Shown here piece after piece: positions 8,302 to 17,542 of a DNA stretch of 64,000 nt. A model generated the notes under the pieces. The model had not been told where the DNA came from. It did not search any database and was given only the letters and a program-made list of their open reading frames with translations. The stretch comes from Candidatus Saccharimonadia bacterium (GTDB lineage: Bacteria > Patescibacteriota > Saccharimonadia > CAILAD01 > JADZBC01), in assembly GCA_041907025.1 (NCBI GenBank), contig JAYRIB010000004.1, positions 1,223 through 65,222 on the forward strand. The letters run 5' to 3'. The stretch's first letter is position 1. Every line of letters starts with the position of its first letter. The translations under genes and the position numbers were made by a program.

Positions 8302-9327
8302 ATGGCGCAGCAGCAGCGTGTAACTGTCGATATCTCACTACGAACCTTCTGGTATGTATTGGGCGCGTTTGCCATTGTCGCTTTGCTATGGATGATTGCT
8401 GACGTTTTGATCTTGCTGTTTGCCAGTATAATATTTGCCGCAGCCCTGGATCCGTCGGTCAAGGCGCTGCAGCGTCTTAAGTTGCCGCGTGTGGTGGCCG
8501 TAGCTCTGATATATCTTATATTCATAGCTGTTGTGATAGGTACGGTCTTGTTGATTGTCCCAACTGTTTCGGCTCAAATTGAAACGATTTCGAACAACAT
8601 TCCTGCCTATCAAGAGAAGTTGCGCCAGTTGGTCGACCAGAGCCCTCAGTTGGAGCAAATGTACCTAAAGCTTACACAGCAAACATCTTCGATATCCGAA
8701 AACCTTGTAAGTAATGTTGCGCCAGTTGCCGCAGGCTTGTTTAGCGGTGTGGTTGGGTTACTAACCTTTTTGGTCTTAACGTTTTACATGCTCTCAGGCG
8801 GAAAGCGCTTGGCGACAACCGCTTTTGACTTTATACCCGAGAAACACACCAAGAAGCGTCTTATTGCCTTGAGCCTGGCTATTTCGACTAAGCTTGGCTA
8901 TTGGTTGCGCGGACAGGCTATTCTAGGAATTATCATTTTCATTGCCAGCTTCATTGGACTGAGCTTCATTGGTGTTGAGTACGCGCTTACCCTGGCGGTC
9001 ATTGCCGGAATCTTTGAGTTAGTACCATTGATCGGTGCATATTTGGGCGCCATTCCAGCTATTCTTGTGGCGGTAACAACGTCGCCTGGCAAGGGCTTGG
9101 CTGTGGCGATTATGTTCCTCGTCATTCAGCAGCTGGAAGGTCAGGTGATCGTACCACAAGTCATGAAGCGTGCGCTTGGCCTGCCGCCTATCATTATTCT
9201 GCCTGCCGTCCTGATCGGCGGTAAGCTGCTTGGCTTTATCGGTATATTGTTGGCAGCACCGGTTGCCGCTGCCGTCTTGGTAGTGGTAGAGGATGTCTTG
9301 CGTCAGCCCGACTTAAGCAAAGAATAG
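8302..9327 (+). CDS. AI-2E family transporter (PerM/YdiK-like, UPF0118)
   Basis: Eight predicted TM segments and the conserved C-terminal region ...AGIFELVPLIGAYLGAIPAILVA... Confidence 0.65.
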   Translation: MAQQQRVTVDISLRTFWYVLGAFAIVALLWMIADVLILLFASIIFAAALDPSVKALQRLKLPRVVAVALIYLIFIAVVIGTVLLIVPTVSAQIETISNNIPAYQEKLRQLVDQSPQLEQMYLKLTQQTSSISENLVSNVAPVAAGLFSGVVGLLTFLVLTFYMLSGGKRLATTAFDFIPEKHTKKRLIALSLAISTKLGYWLRGQAILGIIIFIASFIGLSFIGVEYALTLAVIAGIFELVPLIGAYLGAIPAILVAVTTSPGKGLAVAIMFLVIQQLEGQVIVPQVMKRALGLPPIIILPAVLIGGKLLGFIGILLAAPVAAAVLVVVEDVLRQPDLSKE

Positions 9328-9383
9328 CCATAAGAAACTACACCACCTGGATGGCGTGGTAAATCTTTGCTAGAATACAATAC

Positions 9384-9914
9384 ATGGACATAACTTACTC
9401 ACAAAAAACTGGCATCAAACTAACTGGTAAGGGGCTGAGCGTAGCGCTTGATCCAGCCGCAGAAACAAAGTCAGACGTAGTGCTATTGTCACGCCCAGCC
9501 GAGTCAGAGCGCACACTGACGACGTTTGATGGTCCGGGCGAGTATGAAGTCAAAGGCTGTATGATCGACGCTCTAGCGCTGCCCGATGGCCTTACAGCGT
9601 ATCGCGTAGAGCTCGAGGACATGCGGCTCGGTTACTTGCCAGTGTTCCCTGAAGAGGGTGACAAAGGCAGCGATCCGTTGCGAGGCTGCGATGTACTGTT
9701 TGTGCCGCTTGGCGGAGTTAAGGTTGAGGTGGTAGCTAAGCTGGTTGCATCGTTTGAGCCCAAAGTAGTTATTCCAATCAACTACAGCGAGCAAGAGCTG
9801 ACAGCGTTCTTGTCTGAGATGGGCGCAAAAGACGTTGAGCCTATTGAGCGACTCAAACTCCAGCGCAAGGACATTGATGAGGATCGACAACAAGTCGTTG
9901 TTTTACAGTCGTAG
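9384..9914 (+). CDS. MBL-fold (Lactamase_B_3-like) protein, possibly non-catalytic
   Basis: Pattern ...KLTGKGLSVALDP...DVLFVPLGG...VVIPINY resembles PF13483-type beta-lactamase-fold proteins. No HxHxDH motif seen. Confidence 0.3.
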   Translation: MDITYSQKTGIKLTGKGLSVALDPAAETKSDVVLLSRPAESERTLTTFDGPGEYEVKGCMIDALALPDGLTAYRVELEDMRLGYLPVFPEEGDKGSDPLRGCDVLFVPLGGVKVEVVAKLVASFEPKVVIPINYSEQELTAFLSEMGAKDVEPIERLKLQRKDIDEDRQQVVVLQS

Positions 9915-9953
9915 TATGTAGCCGGGGCTTCGCGGAGCCAGCAGTAGAGTGTA

Positions 9954-9987
9954 AAGAAAAAACCTCCTTGATCTAGGAGGTTTTTTG
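9954..9987. terminator. bidirectional intrinsic terminator between the MBL-fold gene and rpmB
   Basis: A-tract, perfect hairpin AACCTCCTTGATCTAGGAGGTT, then T-tract. It overlaps the last codons of rpmB on the minus strand. Confidence 0.7.
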
Positions 9988-10203
9988 CGCTTGTGCCTCG
10001 GTGGCGAGGGCAGCTTGTTTTTGGTACTTGTTGAGTGTACGGATGGTTGAAGCCGCTAGCTTGAGCCGTACCTTTTGGCCGTCTATGATGAGGGTTTTGG
10101 TTTGCAGGTTGGGCTTCCAGTCGCGCTTGGTATGACGCATGGAGTGACTCACGTTGTTGCCGAACTGCTTACCTTTTCCTGTGATGTCGCATTTGTATGA
10201 CAT
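9973..10203 (-). CDS. rpmB: 50S ribosomal protein L28
   Basis: MSYKCDITGKGKQFGNNVSHSMRHTKRDWKPNLQ matches the L28 N-terminus (CxxTGK...GNNVSHA..KTKR). Confidence 0.85.
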   Translation of the reverse strand: MSYKCDITGKGKQFGNNVSHSMRHTKRDWKPNLQTKTLIIDGQKVRLKLAASTIRTLNKYQKQAALATEAQAQKTS

Positions 10204-10359
10204 TGTTTGCTTCCTTAGCTTTTAGATCTGTCTCACGTCTTCGGCCTCTCAGAGCTGAAGTAACCTGAATATGATAGCATTTTTGCCGCGGGCTTGCAAT
10301 ACTTTGGCGCAAGGTTGCTGCGGGCGCACTAGCCCGGCCAGCAACAATCGATTATCATA

Positions 10360-11001
10360 GTGAATATGAGCCTAAACCCAATATCTCTTATTGTCTACAT
10401 CGCCACCTTGGTAGTCGCCATTACAGTCCACGAGTTTAGCCACGCCTGGGCAGGGCATCGCCTGGGTGATGTCACCGCTCAGCGCGAGGGGAGACTCACC
10501 CTTAATCCGATTAAGCACATTGATCCGTTTTTTACCTTGCTGCTGCCACTCATGCTGATCTTTATTGGCTCACCAGTGGTGTTCGGGGCGGCCAAGCCGG
10601 TGCCGTTTAATCCCTACGCCGTCCGGTACGGTAAGTGGGGGGCTGCTTTGGTGGCAATTGCTGGTCCGATGAGTAACTTCGCAATGGCTGCCTTTGTGGC
10701 GCTCTACCTGCGACTCTTTGAGCTCCCTGCTGGTGCCACCAACCTGTTGGTCAGCTTCGTGATGATCAATATCGGGTTCTTTGTGTTTAATATGATTCCA
10801 GTCCCACCTCTTGATGGTTCGCGCGTGCTCTATGCCGCTGCGCCACCCGCTCTAGCTGACATTATGGATCGGATTGAGCGCTTTGGCTTGGCTGGCGTCA
10901 TGCTGTTCCTGTTCGTGTTTTATCAGTTCTTGTCGCCGTACATCGTGCTGATTATTACCTCGCTCGGACGCGCCCTGCTTGGTCCAGCCGCGAGTTTTTA
11001 A
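10360..11001 (+). CDS. site-2 protease-like zinc metallopeptidase (M50 family)
   Basis: HEFSHAW zinc-binding motif in the first TM, multiple TM helices, and a conserved LDGS motif (PLDGSRV). Confidence 0.65.
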   Translation: MNMSLNPISLIVYIATLVVAITVHEFSHAWAGHRLGDVTAQREGRLTLNPIKHIDPFFTLLLPLMLIFIGSPVVFGAAKPVPFNPYAVRYGKWGAALVAIAGPMSNFAMAAFVALYLRLFELPAGATNLLVSFVMINIGFFVFNMIPVPPLDGSRVLYAAAPPALADIMDRIERFGLAGVMLFLFVFYQFLSPYIVLIITSLGRALLGPAASF

Positions 11002-11021
11002 GCCAAGCTAGGCATCATGGG

Positions 11022-11030
11022 CGTGATATA
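11022..11030 (+). promoter_or_regulatory. extended -10 promoter element (TGATATAAT) heading an ORF-free transcript
   Basis: TGnTATAAT at 11022-11030. A roughly 215-nt interval without a credible ORF follows, ending at the terminator at 11218-11251. Confidence 0.3.
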
Positions 11031-11217
11031 ATATAGGAGTTCTGCCGCTCTCGCCCATAAGACAAGGGTATGTAACTTTTTCCTATTAAGATAGTTGCTT
11101 TGGGAGCTCTAGATTGCCTCGGTCTAACGACCCTGTGCTGCGAGCACCCACCTGGATATTGCCGGGAAGAGTTAATTGCCCTCGACGGAGCGCGCGGATC
11201 TCCATTATTCTAAAACA

Positions 11218-11251
11218 AGGCCACCTATTGAAGCGGGTGGTCGCTTTTTTT
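11218..11251. terminator. intrinsic terminator (hairpin GGCCACC...GGTGGTC plus T7); it may serve both the minus-strand gene and a plus-strand sRNA
   Basis: Stem AGGCCACC/GGTGGTCGC followed by TTTTTTT. The stop codon of the 11250..11780 gene abuts it. Confidence 0.55.
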
Positions 11252-11780
11252 ACTTCAGTCCAAAGGCTTGTTTAAGGGAGGCTTCGCCGTCGAGCGCGCT
11301 GGCGGTTATGAGTTTGATTTCCTTTTGCAAACCAAGTAGTTTCTTGAGGCCACGCACGTAGTCGATGGGGTCGTAAGGGTAGACCCACAGGCCCTTGGTG
11401 TAGTTCACAAAACCCTGGAGCTTAAGCTGCGCTACCAGGTAGTTACGGGTTACCTTTTGCGCGTCGGGGATCTCAAACGTCACAATGTAGAAGCTGCCTT
11501 GCCATTCACGCGGTTTGGCGATGCCTTTTTTGCCTAATAAGTAGAGGTCGAGGTGGCGCAAACCCTTTTCTGTGACCTTGTAGAGTTTTTCGTGCTCGAT
11601 GGTGCCAATCGAAATAAAGCCTTGCTTAGTTAGCAGGGCGGCAGTGTCGATGATTCGTCGGCGCGCATTGGCGCCAAATAAGCTCAAAAGGGAACGGGCA
11701 GTGGTTAGCTCGTCTTCGACGATCACCCGCTTGCCCGCTATTACTTTCAGCACCTCAGCTGATTTGTTGATCCTTGGCAC
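11250..11780 (-). CDS. PaaX-like/wHTH regulator-like protein
   Basis: C-terminal WQGSFYIVTFEIPDAQKVTRNYLVAQLKLQGFVNYTKGLWVYP resembles the PaaX C-terminal domain (W.G.W.lv.f.iP...R.....L...GFG.l..G.Wv.P). Confidence 0.3.
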   Translation of the reverse strand: MPRINKSAEVLKVIAGKRVIVEDELTTARSLLSLFGANARRRIIDTAALLTKQGFISIGTIEHEKLYKVTEKGLRHLDLYLLGKKGIAKPREWQGSFYIVTFEIPDAQKVTRNYLVAQLKLQGFVNYTKGLWVYPYDPIDYVRGLKKLLGLQKEIKLITASALDGEASLKQAFGLK

Positions 11781-11924
11781 ACATTTACTCGTTACCTAAG
11801 TATTATGTCAAAGCATGAGAGTTATGTAAAGTACTTTTGCTAAGAAAGTTCACATTCGCTGCCCTCAACAGGAGAGAAGTTATTGTAATTCTGCGCGGGG
11901 AGCGCGTAAAATAGGGGAGGTTAG

Positions 11925-12000
11925 CAGGGTGTGGCGCAGTTGGTAGCGCGTACGGCTGGGGGCCGTGAGGTCGCAGGTTCAAGTCCTGTCACCCTGACCA
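11925..12000 (+). tRNA. tRNA-Pro (anticodon GGG), CCA encoded
   Basis: Acceptor CAGGGUG/CACCCUG, D-arm GCGC-AGUUGGUA-GCGC, anticodon stem ACGG/CCGU with loop CUGGGGG, T-arm GCAGG-UUCAAGU-CCUGU, ACCA. Confidence 0.8.
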
Positions 12001-12136
12001 GAAATTATTCTTTGCACAATAATGTTGCTCTATCGCGCGTTTCTCGGTACAATGAGCGTAAGCATTATGTAAGTAGTTACCATAAGGAATAAGGGCGGCT
12101 TTTCCTTCTAAAGAAAAACCACTCAAAACAAAACAA

Positions 12137-15100
12137 ATGGCTCCCAACGCCACACCACCTAAGCCTACGCTTCGATCCAAACTTCACTTGCGACCCTCAA
12201 CTTCTCTGAAAGTGAGTAAGGCGTCTGTATTTACCCTCCTGGCACTTATATCCATCCAAACCGTCAGTAGTGCCTTGCTTTGGTACGCCGGTAAGATCAA
12301 GGCTGACAGCAGTAGCCGAGTAGTAACTACGAGCCCGGCAAGTAGCGTTACTACTACCGGCGCTACGCTCAGTGGCACATACGATTACCCCACAGATGTT
12401 ACTCAGCGTGGCTTCCAGTATGGCTTGACTACTGGCTATGGCAGCCAAGTGGTGGATGACAGTGTGATGACATACGTGGATACGGGTATACTGGGCGGCG
12501 TAGATACGTCAAGCGGTAGTAGTGGCTACGCTACGGATTCCACGGGGAACCTATACTTGACTCACTTTGATGACCACACAAGTGCAAGTGTGCAAAAGTA
12601 CAGTGCAAGTGGCACTCTTGTATCTGAGTTCGGTTCACAGGGCGCAGGAGACGGGCAGTTTGACACTCCGCAGGATGTTGCTTTAGACACGAGCGGGAAC
12701 ATCTATGTCGCTGACACTAATAATAATAGGGTGCAGAAGTTGGATAGCACTGGTAATTACGTGAGCCAGTTTGACCCACTTGAGCAGGGTAGTGGTAAAT
12801 ACATCGTAGTGACTAGGGTTTCCTTAGATAGTCTAGGTAATATATACGTTTTTGGACACTGGGATAGTGATCCGGGTATATCGAATAATTGGCAGCCAGT
12901 AGTTCAGAGGTATAACGCCAGTGGCGTGTTTCAAACCCAGTTAATCAACAGTTCTGGTACGGCAACTAATCAGCTATACTCATATGCGCAAAATACCGAC
13001 CTGACAACTGATACAAGTAATAATCTATACATTACTGATGCTTATAATCACCGGGTGCTCAAATACGACAGTAGTGGCAATTTCTTGGCTCAGTGGGGAA
13101 CAACTGGCGTTGCTAGCAACGCCCCAGGCCAGTTTAATCTTCCAACTGGCATCGCGCGTGGGCCTGGCGGGCAATTGTATATTTCAGATGGCGGGAATGA
13201 CAGGGTTCAAATCATCAGCCCAGCAGGGGATTACGTACAGAGTTGGTCAGACAATCAAATTGGGTTTCCACTTAATTTAACAGTGAGCCTGAACGGTAAG
13301 ATATACGCCCAATCATGGGGGGGTGCTGGAGGCTTGGTTGTTGGTACACCATCAATCAATGCGAATATCACAAGCCTCCAGTGCGACACTACCTACCATT
13401 ACCGTGCCTTTACTACTGATGCAGACAGTACTGAATACGGTTCAGACGCTACATTTACAACAGATGCTTGTACGGGGTTGCGTAACATAACTAATTTGCC
13501 CACGACCAGCATAAGTCAAACGGGGGCTACACTCCACGGCGCTACAGATTACCCACAGGGCATTACTGGGCGCGGCTTCCAATACGGGTTAACGACTGGT
13601 TATGGTAGCACGGTAGTGGACAGTTCGGCTGTAAACGCAAGTTTTGGCAGTAAGGGGGTAACTAGTTTAAGCGGGACTACAGCGATTGACCTATCTGTCG
13701 ATGCTAACGGCTATAAGTACGTTGCATATTATGGTGATCATGTTGTTAAGAAATATGATGCCTCCAATAATCTCGTGCTTCAGTGGGGCTCAGAAGGGCT
13801 TGGGGCCGGTCAGTTCGGTGGTATTTCTGGGATTACCGCTGCGCCGGATGGCTTTGTTTATACTACGGAGTATTATCTCCAGAATGGTGGAGATATTCTT
13901 TCAAACCCCCGGGTTCAGAAGTTTGACTCCAATGGAAATTTCATTACCCAGTGGGGTTCGTTAGGGTCAGGCGATGGGCAGTTTTCAGCTCCTAAAGATG
14001 TCGCTGTAGACAAGAGTAATAACGTGTATGTTGTAGACTACAACCGCGTTCAGAAGTTTGACTCCAATGGAAATTTCATTACCCAGTGGGGTTCGTTAGG
14101 GTCAGGCGATGGGCAGTTTTCAAACCTAAGTGGTATCGCAATTGCCCCAGATGGCTCTGTGTATGTATCAGACAGGAGTAATGCCCGTATACAGAAGTTT
14201 AGTTCCAGTGGAACATTTATTCTGAAATGGGGTCAGCCGGGGGGTATGGGTGATGGTGAGTTCATCGCCCCTGAGCGAGTCGGAGTAGACGGGTCGGGCA
14301 ATGTATACGTATTGGATTATGCTGGTGGCACATTAAGGATGCAGAAGTTTGATTCAAACGGCAGTTTCCTGGCTCGTTTCGGCGGTTATTTCTATTTTGG
14401 TACCGGACTTTCTGTTACGCCATCCGGTCAGGTATATACCATAGATGCAGCTTCCACTACAGACTACTACACATATGGTATTGATGCCCCTATCACTACT
14501 CTTACCTGTGGCACAGAGTACCACTATCGTCCATACGTAACAGATCGTGGCGGCACGCAGTATGGAAACGATGCAACATTTACAACATCTGCCTGCCCGC
14601 CACTTAACATCACCACAACTAGTTTGGATGATGGCGTGGTTGGCGTGAGTTACTCTGATCTCATTACGGTCGATAATCTCCAGGGTGGCGAGACGTATAC
14701 GGTTAGTTCCGGAAGCGTGCCCCCAGGGTTGACACTTGGGTCGACAACTGGGTATTTGGAAGGGATTCCCTCACAGGAAGGACATTATTTCTTCGATGTA
14801 ACAGTTGAGAATTCTGGATCAAGCGACACCGCGCAAATAGATGTTCATATTTATAACACAAACCCACAATTAAGTATCACGACTGTGGCTATTCCGGACA
14901 CCCAAGTCGGCGCTTCGTATCAGGAATACATCTACACCAGTGACGGTGTGGGTGATGTGAGCTTCAGTATAACTTCAGGTGCGCTACCAGATGGTATGTC
15001 TATTACCTCGTACGGCACGAGCGGGGTATTGTACGGTACTCCAACTACTCCAGGGACCTATACCTTCACCGTGCAAGCTCAGGATAGCCGTGGGGCTGGT

Positions 15101-17272
15101 GTCGGCACTGATACACAGGAGTACTCCATAACGGTCTCGGCGGCTAGTATTAATATCACTACTACCAGCTTGCCGTCAGGTCTAGTGGGCTTGCCATACA
15201 ATAAAAGTATCGATTATGAGTCTGCTAACGCTCAGCCGGTCTTTTCACTTGTTTCTGGAACTTTACCTCCAGGTGTTTCTCTAACCCTTCAGGGCTATCT
15301 GCAAGGCACCCCAACGCAACAAGGTACTTACGATTTTACGGTGCAAGCCGATGATGGTTTTAGTACGGATACCCAGGCACTTAGCTTGCTCATAGGGGCA
15401 CCGGCGGCAGTTACTCCTAATACGCCTTTCGTAAAAATCACTTCGCCAGCGAATGGGGGCTCTATTGGGGCTACAAAGCTTGACGTAGCAGGTATTGGTC
15501 CTGCAGGCAATAAGGTCATACAGCTAACGATAGATAATGTTGTGCAAGGTACAACGAATACGGATAATGAAGGCAAATGGGCATATCAAGCAAGTGGTCT
15601 AAACCCAGGTTCTCATACACTGAGTGCCACTTGGGTTCCGGGCGACGATGTGGCTTTTGTGCCGTTCTTTAACCCCGAAACTTTCTCGAGCGGGATTTCG
15701 GTGATAGATAATGCTAGCTTGCAAACGGTGAAGACAATATACCTCCCAGAATATTCCTTGGCATATGGAGTAACACTCAACCATGCTCGTACTAAGTTGT
15801 ACGCATATGGGGGGCAGCTAAACTTGGGAGAGGGTGAACTTACGAGCTCTGCACAGCTATGGGAGGTTGATCTGGCAACTATGGCTATCCGCACGGTAGG
15901 TTATCCAAGTATGCCTGCCCAAATTGGCTTTGTTACTGCAGTTAACATCTCGCCAGACGACACAGGAGTCGTCCTGCTGAAGATGGAGGGCGGAGAACAG
16001 GCACAACAGGTACTAATCTCACGAGTAGATTTACCAAGCTTCACACCTACAGGGACAGACATTCAGGCTGAAGCTTTAAATACGCCAGCTGTAGTTGATA
16101 GGTTCTTTGAGCTTGCTTTAGCAAGAGCTTACACGTACAGTACCGATTCACAGCAGCGCTACATGTACTTCTTGCTAAGCGCCCTCGATGACGCACCAAG
16201 CAGTAATGAAGTGGTTGTTATTGATACACTAGATGGTAGCTCGAGTACGATCGAGCTTGGTGAGGGGGCTGAATATATACCTAAGGTAATTCAGACTGTA
16301 GGAGATAGGCTCTATGTACTCACCAGCTCGCATCTCCTCACTATTGATGTCGTTACGGGAGGTATTCTGAGCGACATTACTCCAGGTTTCAGTATCGATG
16401 GCTCCGCTTTTGGGTCCGTTGTGTTTGATGTCCCCCCAGATGGTTTGACCGCACTGCTTAGCACATCGGGATTTGGTAACTCCACTACTGTTGTTAGTAT
16501 TGACCTTGCTTCGGGCCAGTCGACTATTCTTCCGAATAGTATCGAAACCAGTAGGCGGCTGGCTAGGGCACTTGGTAAACAAGGCCCTATAGGCATAGGT
16601 ACAACTAGTGATGGTTCTAGGCTATATATTTCATCTCAGGGCCTGTATATATTTGATATGGCCAACGGGGTACCAATTGACCTGGCTGGGTTGCTCCCGC
16701 CAGGTGCAGAGGCCTCGGGACTTACAAGTCATGACTACATTGCCCCTATTCGCCCTCGAGATACCATCGCTTTTACCGTTGCTTCTGGTCCCGTATCGTG
16801 TACCACTACCAACACCTGTCCACCACCGCCGCCTTGTGCTGTGACCAACACCTGTCCACCGCCACCACCGCCCCCGACTGAACCAGCCACAGTCGGCACT
16901 ACCAATCCTAAGACTCCCAAGATTGTGGTTACACCCTTCCCACCAGCGGCATCTGCAGCCTCACGCCTGGGGTGGTTTGACCGCGGTGTTCTGGCGGTGG
17001 CTCGCTTTGTACCTGGGCAAGCAGCCATTGGTTTTCCGTTCCTCTTGTTCCTGCTCTTGCTCCTGTTTGCCCTCTCCCTGTACTATCAGTCTGCCAATGA
17101 GGTCCGTAAGGACAAGCTTAACCGTCAGTTCCTCGCCAAGCGTAAGTCCATCCGAGCGCAACAAGACAACTTTATAGCCCTGGCCTCACACTATCTCAAC
17201 ACCCCAATTACGATTATTCAGAATGGTATAGAGGTGATGGAGGAGTCGAGTAGGGGGCCAAAGAGTAAGTAA
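12137..17272 (+). CDS. giant cell-surface protein (1711 aa): NHL repeats, fibronectin/Ig-like (He_PIG-type) modules, poly-Pro linker, C-terminal TM and HisKA-like tail
   Basis: N-terminal signal anchor; at least 8 NHL-like repeats (NNRVQKFDSNGNFITQWGSLGSGDGQF); repeated modules TGATLSGTYDYPTDVTQRGFQYGLTTGYGS and CDTTYHYRAFTTDADSTEYGSDATFTTDAC; four He_PIG-like Ig modules (TLPPG..L...G.L.GTPT..GTY.FTV); TTNTCPPPPP x2; TM FPFLLFLLLLLFALSL; C-terminal FIALASHYLNTPITIIQNGIEVMEE. Confidence 0.8.
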   Translation: MAPNATPPKPTLRSKLHLRPSTSLKVSKASVFTLLALISIQTVSSALLWYAGKIKADSSSRVVTTSPASSVTTTGATLSGTYDYPTDVTQRGFQYGLTTGYGSQVVDDSVMTYVDTGILGGVDTSSGSSGYATDSTGNLYLTHFDDHTSASVQKYSASGTLVSEFGSQGAGDGQFDTPQDVALDTSGNIYVADTNNNRVQKLDSTGNYVSQFDPLEQGSGKYIVVTRVSLDSLGNIYVFGHWDSDPGISNNWQPVVQRYNASGVFQTQLINSSGTATNQLYSYAQNTDLTTDTSNNLYITDAYNHRVLKYDSSGNFLAQWGTTGVASNAPGQFNLPTGIARGPGGQLYISDGGNDRVQIISPAGDYVQSWSDNQIGFPLNLTVSLNGKIYAQSWGGAGGLVVGTPSINANITSLQCDTTYHYRAFTTDADSTEYGSDATFTTDACTGLRNITNLPTTSISQTGATLHGATDYPQGITGRGFQYGLTTGYGSTVVDSSAVNASFGSKGVTSLSGTTAIDLSVDANGYKYVAYYGDHVVKKYDASNNLVLQWGSEGLGAGQFGGISGITAAPDGFVYTTEYYLQNGGDILSNPRVQKFDSNGNFITQWGSLGSGDGQFSAPKDVAVDKSNNVYVVDYNRVQKFDSNGNFITQWGSLGSGDGQFSNLSGIAIAPDGSVYVSDRSNARIQKFSSSGTFILKWGQPGGMGDGEFIAPERVGVDGSGNVYVLDYAGGTLRMQKFDSNGSFLARFGGYFYFGTGLSVTPSGQVYTIDAASTTDYYTYGIDAPITTLTCGTEYHYRPYVTDRGGTQYGNDATFTTSACPPLNITTTSLDDGVVGVSYSDLITVDNLQGGETYTVSSGSVPPGLTLGSTTGYLEGIPSQEGHYFFDVTVENSGSSDTAQIDVHIYNTNPQLSITTVAIPDTQVGASYQEYIYTSDGVGDVSFSITSGALPDGMSITSYGTSGVLYGTPTTPGTYTFTVQAQDSRGAGVGTDTQEYSITVSAASINITTTSLPSGLVGLPYNKSIDYESANAQPVFSLVSGTLPPGVSLTLQGYLQGTPTQQGTYDFTVQADDGFSTDTQALSLLIGAPAAVTPNTPFVKITSPANGGSIGATKLDVAGIGPAGNKVIQLTIDNVVQGTTNTDNEGKWAYQASGLNPGSHTLSATWVPGDDVAFVPFFNPETFSSGISVIDNASLQTVKTIYLPEYSLAYGVTLNHARTKLYAYGGQLNLGEGELTSSAQLWEVDLATMAIRTVGYPSMPAQIGFVTAVNISPDDTGVVLLKMEGGEQAQQVLISRVDLPSFTPTGTDIQAEALNTPAVVDRFFELALARAYTYSTDSQQRYMYFLLSALDDAPSSNEVVVIDTLDGSSSTIELGEGAEYIPKVIQTVGDRLYVLTSSHLLTIDVVTGGILSDITPGFSIDGSAFGSVVFDVPPDGLTALLSTSGFGNSTTVVSIDLASGQSTILPNSIETSRRLARALGKQGPIGIGTTSDGSRLYISSQGLYIFDMANGVPIDLAGLLPPGAEASGLTSHDYIAPIRPRDTIAFTVASGPVSCTTTNTCPPPPPCAVTNTCPPPPPPPTEPATVGTTNPKTPKIVVTPFPPAASAASRLGWFDRGVLAVARFVPGQAAIGFPFLLFLLLLLFALSLYYQSANEVRKDKLNRQFLAKRKSIRAQQDNFIALASHYLNTPITIIQNGIEVMEESSRGPKSK

Positions 17273-17542
17273 CTTATGCTCGCATGGTGGTGCCCAGAAA
17301 GGTATAATAAGTGGCGAAAGAATCCATATGCGAGCAAAAACACTTTTTCTCATTATGATCATCACAACCTACGGGTATTACCTGCACACTATGTCGGGCG
17401 CCGTGCAGCGCCAAGCAGACGGCCTTATGCGCCAATATAACGCGGCGTTAATAACTGCCAGCGAAACAGCCGATTATTCCGCGCCGAACAATCTAGTAGT
17501 TCAAAAACCAACAGCTAACTAACAGGTAGGGCAAACAATAGT

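Noticed and set aside
11176-11361. 61-aa plus-strand ORF
   Set aside because: It reads through a hairpin-T7 terminator and overlaps the 3' end of the minus-strand gene; likely non-coding.
17328-17522. 64-aa ORF after the giant protein gene
   Set aside because: It is not a kinase catalytic domain and has no RBS or motif. It was kept only as context for the orphan H-box finding.
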